Shown here one piece after another: positions 62,811 through 64,000 of a stretch of 64,000 nucleotides of DNA; positions within the stretch are counted from its first letter, which is position 1, and every line of letters starts with the position of its first letter. The stretch is from Camelus dromedarius (lineage: Eukaryota). A program made the position numbers and the translations under genes. The notes beneath the pieces were generated by a model that saw nothing but the letters and a program-made list of their open reading frames with translations, was not told the DNA's origin and did no database searches. The stretch spans positions 34,784,001 to 34,848,000 of the forward strand of contig NC_087437.1 of the NCBI RefSeq assembly GCF_036321535.1. The letters are read 5' to 3'.

Positions 62811-62948
62811 TTAAATTTTGGTGGGAGGAGTAGGTCATTAGGTTTATTTATTTATTTATCTATCTTTATTTGACGGAGGTACTGAGGATGGAACCCAGGA
62901 CCTTGTGCAGGCTAAGCATGCCCTCCACCACTGAGCTATACCCTCCCT
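62811..62948 (-). mobile_element. tRNA-Ala-derived camelid SINE (Vic-1 type) with TSD
   Basis: Minus strand reads GGGAGGGTATAGCTCAGTGGTGGAGGGCATGCTTAGCCTGCACAAGGTCCTGGGTTCCATCCTCAGTACCTCC; tatgatttc repeated at 62802-62810 and 62951-62959. Confidence 0.92.
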
Positions 62949-64000
62949 TCTATGATTTCAAATAAAAAGTAGATATGCATTCGGTAGTCACATTTCTGAC
63001 TTCTTATACTCTACTTAGCCGGTGGGTAGACTTTATTTTTCCATTTCAACTATCTGGAGCACTATAATGGACCAGGGAGTTAACACAGAAGGACTAAGGG
63101 GAAACTAATCACAAAGCCCATGCACCTTTCTCCAGTAAGAAGGTTAAATATTTTCCAAGTCTTGAGGCTAAATAATTGTGTGTGAAGTGACCACTTAGAA
63201 GCAGGATTGTGGAGGGAGAACCCAGAACTTCTTACAGCAGTCAGGGTGATTTGGTGTGGGAACTGTCTTCGTACACAGGCAACGTGCACATTACCGTCTT
63301 CCCTTCATGTTCTGAAGATGGCCTTAAATCATCCAAAAATGCTGGATTTTCTTCCATACATTCTCTTTGAAAAACTACACAAGTATATGTTTCAGCTTAG
63401 AGACATTTCCATCAAAAGAGGTTAAGATACTTTTTCATCTTTTAGAGTAGTAGGGTTGAGTTAAATGGGACATTCACTTATGTGGAACTCTTCGTTCCCT
63501 GATGGCACTTGTTAAATGAGGTATTACAGAATTGATCTATCATTTATAGAACTTTCATTTGAAAAATTACATAGGACACACACACATATATCCAAGTGTA
63601 ATTTTCTCTTTAACTGAAGAACAAAAAAAAAAGGGCCTTGAGAATTTACCTAGTTCTCTGGAAGGATACCATTAAAGTACTAAGTTCAAATGTGTTATAT
63701 ATAAAATGTTGTTTCATACAACTCTAGAAGGAAAGATTTCAAGCTGAGCTGGCAACTCACTTCATTTATAAATAGCTATTCAAAACAAAACTGGCCGGCC
63801 ACCTGTCTTCTAAAGTTATACTAACCTTCACTATTTAATTGCCTGAATGTGGCCGTATGATTTGTGTTAGAAAAGAGAGCTCGGTTTGGTGAGTGGGTCT
63901 CATAAGTCATGCTGACTTATTTAATAACTTCTTTATCCTAGGGCACTCAGATCAATATGTTTTGAGGAAGAATCCTAGGTACTACCTTGAAGGATAAAAG

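Noticed and set aside
1..64000. ORF-track entries as protein-coding genes
   Set aside because: All are 155 aa or shorter, many start at non-ATG codons, none resembles a cellular protein I recognise, and several are simple repeats or LINE remnants.
1..64000. Prokaryote-style novel system (CRISPR array, operon, defence island, retron)
   Set aside because: The sequence is mammalian. There are no repeat-spacer arrays or gene-dense blocks, and the tandem duplications have only two copies and no spacers.

Overview
This is eutherian mammalian DNA, not microbial. Three tRNA-Ala-derived SINEs of the Vic-1 type, with no Alu, Bov-A or PRE-1 SINEs that I can see, point to a camelid genome. The window is AT-rich and CpG-depleted and contains many decayed interspersed repeats (L1, L2, CR1/L3, an RTE-like relic, MIR, MaLR/ERVL solo LTRs, hAT and Tigger MITEs) plus microsatellites. 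I can support no protein-coding gene: the ORF track consists of chance ORFs, simple repeats and LINE remnants. Most L1 copies lie on the minus strand, which suggests the window sits inside long intron(s) of a + strand gene that I cannot name. The best non-repeat signals are a 34-nt exon candidate (36816-36849), AG|GT recursive-splice-like junctions (33725, 15638), a CTCF core plus upstream motif (60588-60618), a MEF2/TATA-to-donor first-exon candidate near the right end, and several TF-motif clusters. I found no convincing novel biological system. Repeat subfamily names come from my recollection of consensus sequences, and repeat boundaries are approximate unless a TSD is given.
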